In this document: one piece after another, positions 1-15,189 of the stretch
Numbering within the stretch: position 1 is the stretch's first letter
Layout: each line of letters starts with the position of its first letter
From: Callorhinchus milii
Taxonomy: Eukaryota
Direction of reading: 5' to 3'
DNA length: 64,000 nucleotides
Assembly (NCBI RefSeq): GCF_018977255.1
Contig: NW_024704742.1
Span: 63,738,001-63,802,000, forward strand
Translations under genes and position numbers: made by a program
The notes under the pieces: generated by a model
Databases searched by the model: none
Told to the model about the DNA's origin: nothing
The model's input: only the letters and a program-made list of their open reading frames with translations

Positions 1-199
1 TAACATTATTGACCATTTTTCTCCATTAACGTACTTCCATGGTCCACTTCCATGGTTCCATTCTTACCTGACACTACAGCTTCTCCAAGGCCTTCTCAAC
101 TGAGCTCCGACTGCTGACATCTTCAAGGCTTCTATCCCAGCTAGTTCCTCACAAATTTTATATGTATTTGCCACTTGATCAACAAACCTATCCATAAAT

Positions 200-480
200 T
201 AGCTTTCATATGTTATGTCGATGTTACCCAATTCTACTTCACCTCTAATCATGATTTTAAGAGTATTGCTATTTTGTCTAGCTGCGCACCTTAACTTCAA
301 GTCTTGGATGAGCTATAACCTACTGCAACTGAAAATCAGCAAGTCTGATTTCTTCTTGTTTTGTTCTCACCAGCACTTATATGCTATTGGCTCTAATTTA
401 ATCAATATTTCTGTTTGATTGTTCAGGCTGAACTAGGCGGTGTGTAACCTTCGCATTGTGCTTGATAGAGCAGTGTCTAA
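200..480 (+). mobile_element. Degraded L2 LINE reverse-transcriptase fragment
   Basis: Remnants YVDVTQFY and SWMSYNLLQLKISKSDF match the L2 RT region also seen at about 48.9 kb. Confidence 0.55.
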
Positions 481-489
481 CAGCATATG

Positions 490-725
490 TACCTGGGGAA
501 ACTCCCTTCTCTTTTTGAATAACGTCATGGGATTTGTAACGTCTGTGTGAACAGGTAGATAGGACTTCAGTTTGTTTTATCTGAAGGACAGCACCTCTGA
601 CAATGTAGGACTCGCCCTGGATTGCATGCAGTGTCAATGGACTTTCAGTTTAAGTCCCGACATAGGGCTGGAACCCACAATATTGGTACTCAGAGCTGAG
701 AAATCCAGCCAACTGAGGCAGACTA
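490..725 (-). mobile_element. Deu-domain SINE fragment
   Basis: Reverse complement of the aaatcccatg..attcaaaaagagaagggagtttc core plus a tRNA-like head. Confidence 0.6.
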
Positions 726-1719
726 AAATTATCAGTGGCTCACAAATATAAAGACAACTTCAATTTAGTAACATTAAAAAATTCTGACTTGTTTTCCTGG
801 TTTTGGTAACCATCAATCCCTGCCTCAAATCACAGGGTTTAAATATCTTACCTCACAATTTTTGATATGTAATGTTCAGAGTTTAATTATCCAAATGCTG
901 ATCCATTTTTAGTTGATAATTGTCACTCAGAGTAATAACTCACCCCCTGTAGAAGTGAATTATTTGCATGGTTTATGGTTTACTGATCATAATAAATAAT
1001 ATTATTATGTGTTTATGGTTTGTGTTGAGGTAAATGAATCCTCCAGTCATAAGAAAAAGTTTTATATACTGAAACTGTTTGCACATGGACAGCAGCTGTT
1101 TTTGGGACCAGATGAATGACTCAACATGCACTACAAAAGAGTCGAACCTGTGTATGAACAAATCAATTAATGTTTTATGAGCTATACAGCTGGATATCAT
1201 TTTAATCTTCATTTCAAAGACTGTGTGCAAAATGGTTCAGTTATTTTTTGCGAATGAAATATTTTATTTCCCCAATCAATTTCCCTTCTTTCTCACTGTC
1301 TTTTCTGCCGCCCCACTGCTTCTGATCGAAAAATTGCCCTGTGATGAGAAGGTGATCAGGCTTCAGACCTGATTTCAGATCACTTCCAATGCTAGAATAT
1401 TCATACTTGACAATATTGCCTTAACAATGAAATTCTCTCTCAGGGAAGTGTAGATTTTTCCATCAAATTGCTCAATTTTCTCTTTTCTAAGTACGTAGCA
1501 CTTTTCTTAAAAACACAATACTTTTCCAATTATGTAAATGTGTTTCTTAGCATACAAAGTTCTTAGTTTTGCTTGTATTTTTACTGAATCTCCTCTCTTT
1601 ATAACTGTCCCCCCCCCACACACCCATACACTAAGTATTATCACTCAAAGCTGACTAGATTTTTTAATGACAGATGGTCAAGCTGCTCCTGTACGTATGT
1701 ACCCGATACGTATTAATCA

Positions 1720-2095
1720 GAACTCTGCAGTTCATGCGCTCTCTTGCACTGAGCTCCATGACCCGATCACCCTATCCTCGCCCAGCTTCACTGGATCCCC
1801 ATCCCCCAGAGGTTTGAGTTGAAGACCCTCGTTCTCACCTTTAAAGCCTTCCACAATCTTGCCCTTCCCTACTAAACCTTGACAAACTTGTCTCTTCCCT
1901 TTGCTTGGCGGGCACTGCCCTGTACCACATCCCTTCCCTTGCCTGCTTCAAGGCCCATCTCAAGATTTTCCTCTGTCATCTTCCCACCGCTAACCCCTTT
2001 GACCTGTACCCCTCCTTCACGTGAAAGGTGCTGTAAAAAGCGCTCTGAGGCATGGCCCAGCATGAAGGGCACTGTATAAATGCAACTTTTTGTTG
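1720..2095 (+). mobile_element. L2 LINE 3' fragment
   Basis: atcaccctatcctcgcc..cactgg..ctcacctttaaagcc; ends in gcactgtataaatgcaac with a ttg tail. Confidence 0.7.
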
Positions 2096-4629
2096 TAAAT
2101 GCAATTTGTTGTATCCCCACATAATCTGATTAGTGAAAAATCTGGCATCATTCAGCCAAACATGTTTATTGTAAAATTCTTTTAGAACTTAAGAAACTTT
2201 TCCCAAAGACTGGTAATAACCCGGAAAAGAGAACTTTTCACCTCTTTCAATAAATCTGTCACTGATTATTATGTCACTAATTATTTCTGCACATCTGTTT
2301 AATTTGCCTACAGATCTCTTTTATCTCATTTTCCCTGCTTGGGAGTTTAATAAATTCTCAGCAGAATAATGCTTCACTTATTTCTCTCCTCTTTCCAGAT
2401 AGATTCAGTCTTTTCACCAAATTTTCTCCAGTGCTGAAATGGAATTTGATTAATGCTGGTATCTCACTCCCTTTTTTTACTCTCCTACAGATTTAGTAAT
2501 GAAGAACATCCCATTCCTTTCTTAAATTAAGCCAGGTTTCTGGTAATGCTACAATATCATACTCCTACATCAAAATTTGTGCTTCAAGCTCGCCAGTTTT
2601 ACTGTCACTGATCCATTAATATGCATAACTGTCTCCGACCTTTTTGATTTCTTTATTATCCCTCCCTCTCCTGATCTATTCCCTGTCAGTTGCCTGACAC
2701 ATTTATCTTTCCAATAATCCTTGCCCTCTTTCACAGTGCTTTTTTCCCCTCTCTATTTCATCTTTATTTCCCCATCCTCTTCCTCTACTTTTATTAGTTT
2801 AAACCCTTCCCTGAAGTACTGATCTATATATTTTTAGTGCTGTTTTGTTTAAAAAAAACCATGGCACATATCAACAAATTACTATCCAGCTAAGAATTGT
2901 CCTAATGGTTTGGACTTTACTTTCTAAGGTGTGTCTACGCCTCTGAACCAGACAGGCTAGTCAACCATTAACAATCTCTTGGATTACTGCTGGTCTGCCT
3001 GGCTTCACCATGCAAGCCTTTTTGGAACCAGTTCAAAATCAGAGAGACCTATTCCTCCCTGGATAATTTTTTTTATTCACAGAATTGACGGAATTTCATA
3101 CATTTGCAAAATTCATCTGAAAAGGTTTACTGGGGTATTGTCATTGTTTTTGCCTCAGCAGACATCCCCTTCAATATTTTGTGAGAAACATTGCGTTTAA
3201 ATTAAAGTATGGTTTGTGGTTTGATTTATGCATTCTCAGTTTAATAATCATTTGGTTATGAATAAGTTGGATGTTTTGTTATAATAATCCTTGCATTTGA
3301 TATAGCTAACAACTGGAAAACTTGCAGTGCAATGTAAATTTTAAATTCTTGTAAGTTCATTTTTAAACCCTTTAACANTTTTTTTAAAAAGGCAGTGTTT
3401 TGCATGTTAATGGATATTGTTCTCTGGCTGGATTAATACTGGGGTATCTTTGTATTGTGGGTAAGTGTATAGCAAATTGAATGATGCTATAAACCTATTA
3501 GGGACTGAGTCACTAATGTATAGTGCCCGTAACTTAATTTGTTTCCAAACAAGGTGAGAAGGAAAATTTGGTTGATTGGCTGTTTAGTCATCAAGAAACC
3601 AGAGAGTACATTTCATTTCCTAAGTACCTCAGTAATGAGAGACATTTCAGATTGTGTTGCTAATGACATTCTAAACATTTTAAATGTGCAGAGATGGTTA
3701 AGGAGGAGAACCTGTTCTAAATCTTTTGCCAGCGCTACCCCAGCATGGCAACCAGACAGCAGGAATGGCTTGGACACGAATCTTCCTTCTGACTTACTTC
3801 CGTTGTGTGATCGTCCTCCCATGAACTGTGTCACTATCTGCCTGAATTTCACTTTCTAATCAGGGTCACCAAATCAATCTGAACATTTGTCAAAATACTT
3901 TTTTTTCTCAACTTTTATGAAACAAAAACACAGAACATTCCCCTTTCTCTCCCCCCATCCCCCCAAAAACGTTTTGGGTTGGACATGAAAGATTGCTGTT
4001 ACAGTGAGAGATGTTTCTTAATGAGTTGAGATATATCGTGTTGTATTAATTATTTTACTTGAAGTGGCAACTGTATATCTAAAAGTTCTGAATCATTCAG
4101 AGTGACTGATGTATATATCCCTTGCTTGCATTTTCATCCAATGTTGCATGAATTTTGGAAGCGTAAAACCTAGTCTAGATTTAATAGAAAGCCTCAAGAG
4201 AGTAAAGTATTTGCTGACAGGCTGTTGATAAGCACATTGAACTTGATTCTGGCAAATGCAGGGAGACCGAGTTCCAGGTCAGAAAACAAAATTTATTCAA
4301 GCAGAGAGAACACTCAAGTGTTCCAGTTGCAAATTGACCAATTTTCTGCACCAAACTATACAGTGAGTGAGGTTAAAAAGACTCAGACAAATTCCAATAG
4401 TAGAAATTTCCCCTTGGGCTCTTCAGCTACTTTAATCCCACCCGATGTTGGAACTGGTGGAATGATTGAAGTGTTGATTGTTTTGGTATAAAGACTGTTA
4501 TTACTGTCTTTAACATAGTTATTAAGTAAACTGTATGCAGGAGCCTCTAGCTTGCTACAGATAGAAATTCCTATTTTTATCAATATAAGCATCAATATAC
4601 ATCAAGAGGTATCTGACCAAAGAGTTATG

Positions 4630-5025
4630 TCTTCTCCTTGCCCCATCCTTGCCTGACTCCACTGGTTTCCCATCACACAGAGGATCAAGATCATTGTCCT
4701 CACTTTCAAAGCCCTCCATGGCCTTGTTCCCCCATACCATTGCGACCTCCTAACCCCCTGCCCTCTCCCTCCCCTCAGCGGGCTCCAGCCTGCTTCATGT
4801 CCCCCTGTCGCACACCCCATCATTGGCGAGTGGGCCTTCAGCCACTCTACCCCACCCTCTGGGACTCCATCTTGCAGTCCCTCCGCTTCGCCCCCTCCCT
4901 TGCCTTCTTCAAGACCCGTCTCAAGACCCTCCTCTTCGATCAAGCCTTCGGTCACCCTCCTCCCCCCCCCCCACCGCCTTCCACCTGCCCCAGCTAGGGT
5001 GAGAAACACAGATTGTCCAGTTAAC
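4630..5025 (+). mobile_element. L2 LINE 3' fragment
   Basis: Encodes LWDSILQSLRFAPSLAFFKTRLKTLLF (L2 ORF2 C-terminus); similar to the 47.7-48.8 kb copies. Confidence 0.85.
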
Positions 5026-5034
5026 TCCGAATCT

Positions 5035-5265
5035 ATAATAATAATTCTTGATATAGCGCCTTATGCATTTGATATAGCGCTTTATCATGTCATTGACTGT
5101 CTCGAAGCACTTCATAAGGATATATTGTAAAGTGGTTTTGACTTTTTTTTGTGAGTGAAATGCGGCAGCCAGTTGCGAGCATCAGTGTACCACCAGCAGC
5201 CATGGGGTGAGTGACCAATTTTATTTGGGGGATTGTTGGCTAGAACACCAGGAGAAATTCCTTTT
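5035..5265 (-). mobile_element. SINE 3' part
   Basis: ataataataa..ttgatatagcgcc tail and gcagccagttgcg body shared with other copies. Confidence 0.75.
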
Positions 5266-8200
5266 ATGATGGAATAAGCTTCATAAGCACTCCTGTGAGC
5301 ATTATTTTAAGTATAAAATGATTCCTTGTCCTTTCACATGGAGTTGCAAATGTAATTTGTTTTTCTGGCATAATATCAAGCGGAACAAGTGCCTGCCATT
5401 GTGAATGAGGGCTTATCAATAAGAGGTTTTACTCAGAACATACATAATTTTGCTAAACCTGCTGACTGGGCGCTAGCCCAGATCACACTGGCCATGGCAG
5501 TTCTCCTCTTGTTTCTGAATGACTACTCTGAAATTTCTGTATTTTATCGAATAAAATCTGACTGCTGATGGTTGATACTGATACTGGCTGAAGAAAGTTG
5601 CTTTTTGGTGTCGACTAAGTTGACACACCTGGGATTGTCGTCATTTTTTAATAGGAAATCCCACCAAAGATCATTTGGTAAATCACAGTACCACTGAGTG
5701 ATGTAATAAAAGTTCAGTTATGCCCCTGGCTGGATCTTGAACCTCTGCCATGCTGTTGCATTTAGGTGAACCATGGTCTGTCNTTTTTCTGCAGAGAAGA
5801 GAAAATTGAATGTTCAGACTTGACTGGTCCACTTTACCCAGCTAAAAAGATCCAGGGTCTGTGTGTGTGACCTAAGGGCAGAAATTAAGGAAAAACGTGT
5901 ACGTGAGACCTTATTGTGTAATGAATCTATCTGAATGCTTGACATGCAGCAGCAATGTACACATTGTTTGCATTTTTCTTTTCCAGTAATCTTTTTAATA
6001 GTGTCCCATGACTTTATTTCTCGGCACTTTAGAAGCAGTTTCTTTCACATACGTAGTTCTTTTTTATATAGAAAAGTAGCTTCTGTATAAATAATACAGC
6101 ATTTTTACAAGTAATGTTATAAGTATAAGCTGTGGTTCAAGGCGAGTGAATTGGAATAACAGATGGCTACAATACAATTTAGTGGTTCAAGTGGTGCATT
6201 AATAAACTATTTGAGCTTTGCTCCCACAGTTTATGACGCAACCTGATCTCTTCAGTTATGTTACAGCCTTGTAACACACTCCGACCATTTGTTTTAACTA
6301 TAATTTTAAGATATGTACTGGAAGCTAATGGCTTTGTGTTAAGTCTGGTGATAAGTCTGGCTTTCCCACTGGGATCCTTAGTGCATAAAAACATTTTGCA
6401 CTTGGCAGTACTTGTAAATGATGTGAATAGAGTTTTTTTTAACCTCCTGTTACAAATGTTAGCTGAATACCCTTTTAGCCTCCTCTAGGTACAAATGTCA
6501 GCCCAAAAAAGGTGCAAAAAAAGGAGCGAAGAAAGAAATATTGAAGAATGACCAAGAATAGTGCTTGATTAAATATTTCATAGCCTATGTAACACTGGGT
6601 GTGATGTACATGCATGTGCCACAAGATTTAAATTGCATCAAGCTTTCAGGTGTCCTGAAGCATTGTTTCTTAATTGCACCTACTTTTTTAAATCAATTTT
6701 AAAATTGTCACAAATAAATCCAGTTTGTTGGTTTGTCAGCCTTTGGTTAGGATCTGGTCGTGACTTGCTACACTGAACTTTGAGACTGGGCAAATTTCTA
6801 ATCTTATTGAGTGATTCATTTTGACAACAGATGACATGCGTCTCTGGATCATCTGAACAAATGTCTCTGGTTCAATATACGCTTGACGGGAACCAGTGAA
6901 TCCTGTATTGTCCAGAATAAAAATAAAGAGCTTGTTTAAATAGTCATGTTTTCTGGGAAGTGCAGTCACACTTGCTGGGAATTCGCTCTGGAAGAAAATT
7001 CTGAGCTGTGCAACATGAAATGCTATGCAGTTTTTTGTAGGAAACATCTCATGTAATTTGCAGCTAATCCTGTGTCAATTAACAGCATTTTTAACAAGCT
7101 TGATAAATATTTTTTCTGAAACAGGAGTGAGGGTTACGAGGTTAAGTACAGATGGTGATAAGCAAATTCTTTCTGGGCAAATCAAATTCCATGACGATCC
7201 CAGTTCTGCTGAGGTCCACTGATGTTATGTTTGGGAAGCAACTGGAAGTAACTGATGTATTAAATTAGATGCTGTGGATATTTCTTGACTCAGTTATCGG
7301 GAAGGCAGACAACATCATTGCCAAATTGTTACTCAGCGTATGAAGAGAGTTCATATTAGAAGATTTCAATAGTCTGGAAAAAAATAGACTTTCTTTTCAT
7401 TTCATGCTTGCTTGTTCCCTGTTCTTGATTAGTCTAAATTGTATTTTGCCAGAACAAATGATTTGGATATTTCCCAAGAGCTTTATCTTTACAGCTGCTA
7501 CTTTGCTCTTTAAACTATTTTACCTATTATCTCTGGCAGTTTTAACAGTGCTGTTACAACTGCATTGCTTGTGGATAATATATTGTGAATTTAGAGACTT
7601 AAAATTCATAATTTGGCTTTGTAAACCTTGAAAGAACTATATTATTGCCAATCCAGCTATTGCCATTCATTTTTTGTCAGGAGATCTTTCATTTTCTGTC
7701 AGGAGGTCTGTCTTGTAGTATAATTCATAATTTTGCTGAACCGTAATATATTTATAAAAGTTGTGCATTGAAAAAATTAAAAGGTTCTGTGAATTCTTTT
7801 TAAGATGTTAAACTAGCTGCTCAGAGCCCAGCTGTTCCCATTTCCTTCCAGATCAGCTGCAGTGACAGATGTGATAGGGAGTCAATGGAGCCTGAAACGA
7901 CCACATAGTCCCTGGGAATGTAGATCAATTTGTTGTGGGCAAGAATATGCAGCCCACTCTGCTGTGACACCATTAATTTGCGGTTGGTTAGTGATGGTGT
8001 ATTTGCAGTTTTAATGCTAACAATACCAGTGTTTTAAAGGGGGAAACCTGAGCATTCAATTAGGAAGAAAATAAAATAAGTTAGAAAATGTTTGTAGTGT
8101 GAAACCTTGTGATAATTGTGATTTAATGTAAACTGGAAGAAAGAAACTGTTAATTACGTGAGGCTATCTCATCGTTGCAGCAGACCATGTATTTTTCTCT

Positions 8201-9574
8201 AAGTCTCTCTCCCTCCACTTCTTTTACATTTGCTCTTTTTTTTGCTTGGTTGAGAGGGTATTACCCAGGGTCAAGAACACCTGCTGGGAATTCGTCAGCA
8301 GGATATTGTTGGTTATATTTGGATTTAAAAGGATTTGTTTCTTATAATGCAGAGGCAACGTGCTATTTATAATCGGTTTCCAGAAGCTCAACATAAACCA
8401 TAGCACCTATTTACGTCTGAAGATATTTTTGAATTGTATGACTGTGTACAGTTTATATATAGATGGTGAAACTATGTTCAGGATGAGTCGCTGGGCACAA
8501 AGATGTAAAGCGTGCTGTCCCATGTCAAATCGTTTACAGATGTAAGATGTTTTTGATAATTCCTTCTGAGCCAATTTTGGGGAGATAGTGTAGAATAATC
8601 CCATGGATTGAATGATTTAAGAAAAAAATAAAGCTTCTTCATTGTTGCCTCTGACAATCTCATCTAGCAATAGACACATTAGTTTTAGGAAGATTTGGGA
8701 TGACAAAACTGTGAAGATGCAATTATGATCCTGTCTGCCTGCTCAGGCGGATGTTAAAGATCCCATAGCACTGTTCGAAAAAAAATTCAGGTATCCTGGC
8801 CATATGTATGTATGACTGTGTGTGTAAATATATATATATATAACATATATTTCTTGGTTCATGTTTGTACAGTTATAATTCAGGTGATCTTCTGTGAATT
8901 TGTGCATAATTGGAATCCCTCAAAGCATTCTGTTTGATTACAACAGCTTGTAGTTATATAGTGCCCATCACGCAGGTTAGCGTCCCGGAATGATTATAGT
9001 TGCCTATGTGAAGCTTTTCTTTTGTACTGTTTTGTTGCTGTTGATATTACTTGGTAAATTTTTCTGTTTGCTAAGAGTAGTCTTTTCTGGATACATAAAT
9101 ACAAGCCTCTTCCAAAATTGTTAGGTTTTCGACAATGTTGCCAAGGTTTTTGATGGTACTTAATACTAAATAAATGCAATGTTTTTTTTACTTGTATAGG
9201 GAGTTTTGTATGGTGTCCTTGCCAACCGACCCTGAGAAAAAGTTGGTCATTTACTTCATAGCTATTTCTCGGATACTGCTGTTGCAAATTGGCTTGCCTA
9301 CAAAATACACCATCGCTACACATTTTAGTATATCCTACAAAGCACTTTGAGACATTGTCATGACATGAAATGCACTATATGAAATGCAAGGATTATTATA
9401 TATGAGAAATATTGTGTTTTACAGGCATTGCTATATACATAATATTTCCAAGAAAATCGTATAATTAAACCCCATCTAATTGGGGGGAGATCCGGTCCAG
9501 AATTTCCAGCTAAGTGTAATTTTTCAAAAGTGCTGGAACTGACATTGTAATTGTTTGAATCCGAGGAGCAGAAG

Positions 9575-9745
9575 ATAATAATAATCCTTGCATTTGATAT
9601 AGCACCTTATCATGTCTTCGAGACATCTCAAAGCGCTTCGCAGAATATACTGTAATGTGAATTGACTGTATATTTTGATGGTGAAACATGGCAGCCAATT
9701 GCACACAGCAGTGTCCCACAAACAGTCGTGGATTGAGTGACCAAA
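9575..9745 (-). mobile_element. SINE 3' half
   Basis: ataataataatccttgcatttgatatagcacc...cacagcagtgtcccacaaacagtcgtggattgagtgacc. Confidence 0.8.
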
Positions 9746-12700
9746 GATACAGAATAAAATATCTTCTACTCGCGGGATTCAAACCATCCAATTCACAGTC
9801 TATATCCCTGGCCACTGTGAAGGCTGCAGAGCACTGCGAGGCCGCTCAGTGTGGCGATGTCGCGCATGAGGAGAGTTGGGCTGGCAGGAATCTACTCTTG
9901 GCTTGTGGAAATTTTTGGTCTGCAGAATTTTTTTTCTTTGATTGGTAAAGCTCCAACTGAGCACAGCCTGCGCCTATAGTGCTTCAAATGCACCCAAAGA
10001 TCACCCAGCCCAGACTCTCCTCCAATATCCCTCCATCATGCTGGGAAGTGTGATAGCCTCTGCTCGGAGCCTCACAGTTTGTCTTTATTCTGGTTGATAA
10101 CTGACAAATGGAACAAGCGTGCATTCAATGGGTCCTCACACCGTGATGTTCTGTGTGAGTAAATTAGTGGTATTGTTTTACATTTTAAAAAGTTGCACAC
10201 CAACCCACCCATTTTAAAATGTAAAGCAACAATTTACATGCATATAATGCTCTTCACATAGGGTAATGCTCACAGTGCTTTATTCCAGGAGCAGAGTTGG
10301 GCACCGGGGGTGGGGTAAGTGGCTAGTGACGTGTTATGATTTGAGGTGGGATTAAAGACAGAACGTGGGGACAAAACGGAGTGGTTGAGAGACAACAAAA
10401 TTGCATTTGTATGGTAGCTTTCACATCGGGAGGACGTCCCAAGATGCTAGAGTTCCAGAGAGAGGGAGTTTCAGTTTCATTGTTGCTTGATGTTTACTTG
10501 CATGTATACTTAAGAATAGTGGTTGCAGGATCTAATTGATATACACTAGTACAGGAACAGTGATGTTCGAACATTTAGTCATGTTTAAGACCATTTGTAC
10601 CATCTGCTTATGGTGCCGTATTGATTATTTACATTGATATTAAAAAGAAGAGAATGATCATCAAGATGTTAAATTGGTTCCAATTACCTCTTTTCATCAC
10701 TTCCTCTCGAAAAAAGTTAATGATTACAATAGAATTTGTGACTGGGGCACATTCATTTTTATTATCCTCTATAATTTAGGATGACATCCCAATATAGTGA
10801 GATTTTTTTGAAGAATCTGACTTTTCTGCTTGGAATATTTTCTACAGTAAATACATTACAAATTTGTGGCTTTGTCGCTTAACAGTACTGGCTTGTCAAA
10901 TTTGTATAACTGCATCCCGAAAGCATTCCACTTAAAACAACTCATTTGTGTGGTGCCACTCATGTAAAAGAACATCTCAAGTATTCAGTCTGAAGTTGAG
11001 TAATCCTGGATCCGACACTAACAATGTTTTTTCTTTACTAGATTTCGGGTTCATGGTATGTACAGCCTAGTCTCACATAATTAGATCTGTAGTTTCAACA
11101 CTTACCTTAGTTGTCAATTTAACTGGAACTTTGGTGACATGAACTACTTATTTGTGTTCAAATGCATTGTTCTGAGGCTCCGGATCATTTTTGTTCCAGT
11201 TATCATAGATAGAACAGTCAAACAAAATGCTGATTCAATCATTGGTGATTACACATGGTGTTGCAGTTTGTATTTGGCATACCCGTGCTGAGTCCTTGCA
11301 CTTTCCTGGTTGATTTGCCTCTGAATGGGAACTCCAAACCCACTGATAGCCTGCAGAGATCTTCTGCAGGGTTCCTTTGATGTCTATCCAAGCAAAAAAC
11401 TGAGAGTGAAGTGTAAACTTTGGTTGAGAACAGGCTGAGAGTTGCAGCTGGAAAGGTCAGCAAGCATTGGAGGTCAAATGGCTTCAACCAAACTTTTGGC
11501 TCATAAACTTCAACCAGGAGATTACTGTGGAAAATATACTCATCTTGGATCCATAACATTGGTCTGGTTCACTTGTTTATTGATTCCAATTTCTTTATAT
11601 ATTAAATGGAGTAGATAGAAGGTTGCAGGGGACACGAAGATGTTTCAGGGAAGGAAAAATCAAATCAGAATGAACAACGGACTGACTTGTAGTTCCTGTG
11701 TCATAACAAAACTATTTGGACCTCAGTCTGAAGTACAAACATTTTTCATGACGCACATGTTGAGTCATTATTGTTCTCCCCTATTTCTAGTCTTTCCCTG
11801 CGTGTGCTGTACTAAGTGTGTGTGTGTGTGGCGGGTTGGAGGTAGCACAGTATACTGCAACCAAAATCGTTTCTTTTTCTCAACTCAAATAAAATACTCC
11901 AGCTAAGGAAAGAGCAGGAAGCCACAGATCTATAGAAAATATTTTGTAGACAGTCTGAGTGCCCTGCTCAGCAATTCCAAAAGGACAAACGTATATATGT
12001 TTTTCTTGCTTTGCAGGGAGCCATTTTCATTGAATGAAAGCTTTAGATTAAGATTCATTAATCTATCTCACTGTTAAAATTACGGTTGTTGCAAAGTGGA
12101 AGTCTCTAGGTCAAAAATGCTTTATCACAACTTTAGAAGACATTTCCCACTGCAAATATTTATCCTTCGTTCACACCCATCTTTATGTCCCCTAAAATTG
12201 CCAGATGAATTAAAGGTACTTTAGTGCAATGGACTTGTACCCATCAATAACTGCTCCCAAAATCCTTTTATGGTTGTAACATGCAGTGAGAAGGGAAGAG
12301 GTGCTTTAATTACCAGATTGGGGTGGATTAGATTTGAGGTGCCAGAGAATAGGACATATGTGTAATCTGCACATTGAGCAGAACACTTTATGATCATTCA
12401 TACTTACATAGTCAGTAGATGTGTTAATCTTTGTACTTTCAGTGCCTTAATGCAGCAAAATGCATTGTTGGCCAACGTTGGCTGCTGCGTTTCACCCACA
12501 AATATACAGTCAATTCACTTTACAGTATATTCTGTGAAGCACTTTGAGATGTCTCAAAGACGTGAAAAGCGCTATATCAAATGCAAGGATTATTATATTG
12601 TTATGTTATACTGTAAATGCAGCCTCTGAAAGTCCATGCTGCAGGCTGCTTTTAAAACCCAAGCTTGGCAGCACCTAACTACTTATTCCTGATTGTCTCA

Positions 12701-14264
12701 TTCACTTTCAAAGTTGTTTATTTGCTGCTCTGTGGGCCTTGGCCTTGAACCAACGTTCTCAATATTAAATAAATAGAATTTGTGGCTGGATTGCTGTGTG
12801 TTGTTTAATTAGTAACTTTAATAAATGATGATGATAATAATCCTTGCATTTGATATAGTGCCTTATCATGTCTTTAGGCGTCTCAAAGCGCTTGCAGAAT
12901 GTACTTTAAAGTAAATTGACTGTATTTTGTTGACGAAAACTTTAGCACATTTGCAGAACTCACATTTACTCACATTGCTTTCACTACTTTCAGCTGTTCC
13001 TTATCTACATTTGTTGGAGGAGATGAGGTGAAAGAACAATGCTGCCAGCCAAGGCAAAAATGGCATTATACTGTAGTTTCCTATGGTATTGTTGGATATG
13101 TGACAACTCTTGATAGTTGCTGACATTCAAAATTCAGTCAATTTTCCAATTGATTTTTTAATATAAGAATTGTAGAATCCCTACAATAAGTTAAATTATG
13201 AACCTAAGAGAAATCTGCGATACGCAAAGGTCATTCAGCCCATGGGATCTCACTGTTACAATGCGCTGCAGCGCTTTGGGACGTCCTCCCGACGTGAAAG
13301 GCACTCTATAAATGTAATTTTGTTGTTGTTGTTGTATTCTGTATAACCACAATACTTTTACATTGAATGCTTTACTTGATAGCCTTTGAATAAAGAGGTT
13401 TTTCTTAATGTTCTCTGAACATGCTTTTTACCAGCTTTCATTTACGCCCCTCGAGTCCCATTTGATTTTTAACACAAATTTCACTTCTTTAGAAGTAACC
13501 AAATTATTTTGCTTGTAAGTAAGTTTCGGGAAATGTAAAGTAGCTAAATCAAGATGCAAAAAGGTTCTGTGCCAGCTTTTCGTTCTCATTACAAATTCCA
13601 AACCTGTTAAGCTCAGCTTGGGCCGAAATAAACTGCTTCTGTAGTAAACACTTTTGTTTGAAATGCCAGCACTTTTCAACAGACCTACTATAAACTTTAG
13701 GAGCTCATTCTAATCTGTGTTCTAAAAATTAACTATTGCATTTTGCATTGATGTAACTTAGGTTGCTATTTCTATTATGATCCAAACTGTTATTTGGCAA
13801 TGCTTCTAGCCTGTTCTTTCAAAATGGGAGGAAATGTTGCATGTTATTTAGCTAACCAGCAACACATTTTTCATGAGAGTGCATTAAGTATCAATTGAAT
13901 AGACTATAAAAGCCACACTATCCCTTGTTTTGTGGTTTGAGTCTTGCTGCTATCCATTTTGGTAACTGTCTTCATGAGTCTTGTGAGTCTCAATATTGAA
14001 GTGTGATACAGTACAAAAAATTAAAATAAGAATCCTAAATGTCCAGTGAAGTTTTTTTTAATCAACATTACAGTGAGTTTGATATCCAGTGGCAACACCA
14101 TGTTTGTGACGATGTGTTTTACTATTAAAGTAAAAATGAATCAGCAAAATCTGACCGTTAAAATGGAACTGCCATGAAAGATAACATTTGTATCTCAAAA
14201 CAAAGCAGATAGAAATCATTAACTGTTTATTCACTTTTATTTCAGTTTAAAAGAGATTATACTT

Positions 14265-14690
14265 ATCTTTGCATTTCATATAATGCGTTTTACTTTGGGT
14301 GGATGTCTCAAAGCGCTTCACAGAATTTACTGTAAAGCGCAATGACTTTGCATTTTTTGGCAATCAAAACAACCAATTTGAATACAGTAATTGCCCACAA
14401 AGCCATGAAATGAATGATCAATTTTATTTGGGGGAATTATTGGTCAGGACCCTGTGAGAAACACTCTTCTTCTTTCAATTAGTGTCACGGGATCTTTAAC
14501 ATTCACTTGAACAGGAACATAGAACTTTGGTTTGACATCTCATCCAAAGGATGTCACCAACAGTGCATCGCTTCCCCCAACACTGTATTGGAGTGTCAGC
14601 ATAGACTGTGAGTTCAAAGCCCCAACATGGGACTTGAACCCACCACCTTCTGACTCATGGGTGAGAGTTCTACAAACTGAGCCAGGCCAA
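14265..14690 (-). mobile_element. Deu-domain SINE, near full length
   Basis: tRNA-like head (gggacttgaacccacc..tctgactc), Deu core (gggatctttaac..catccaaagg) and L2-like tail. Confidence 0.75.
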
Positions 14691-14734
14691 CACGTATATC
14701 TTATGATTCTTGTATAATTGTGTGATTCTATTTT

Positions 14735-14855
14735 GCAGGGCTATGGGGAGAGGGCGGGGGAGTGGGATTGATTTGGAGAGCTCTTTAAAAAGTGCTGGCA
14801 CAGGCACGTTGGGCCGAATGACCTCCTTCTGTGCTGTATAATTCTATGCTTCTCT
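14735..14855 (+). mobile_element. CR1 LINE 3' end
   Basis: gggctatgggg..ggcacaggcacgttgggccgaatgacctccttctgtgctgtataattctatg, a typical CR1 terminal stem-loop/ttctatg end. Confidence 0.75.
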
Positions 14856-15189
14856 GAACGCCCAGCTGACAGATTCATAGAGAATAAGGCAAAGACGTTG
14901 CTTTTCTACAGTAACTACAGCAGCTCATTTCCATGTCCCAGTTGATGCCTTTATACGACTTGAGACTAATTGGCTAACCAGAGGTATGAAGCGGTCACGG
15001 ATCAGTGGTTGAATAATACTTAGCTATAATTCTAATTACACAATGAGAGCCAGTAACAACATGAACCATATTAAAAATGTGCATAAATCAGAGAATGTTT
15101 AAATATCACTTTGTTTGTTTGGGTTGTATGCATCTATCTAAGACCTAATAAGACTTGTTTTGTAAATGCAATTAAAGTGGCAATAAATG

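Noticed and set aside
3378..5783. Single N bases at 3378 and 5783
   Set aside because: Assembly ambiguities next to T-runs, not biology.
7124..11055. Micro-exon-like pairs at about 7124-7139 and 11042-11055
   Set aside because: Lengths of 16 and 14 nt break the frame and have no other support.
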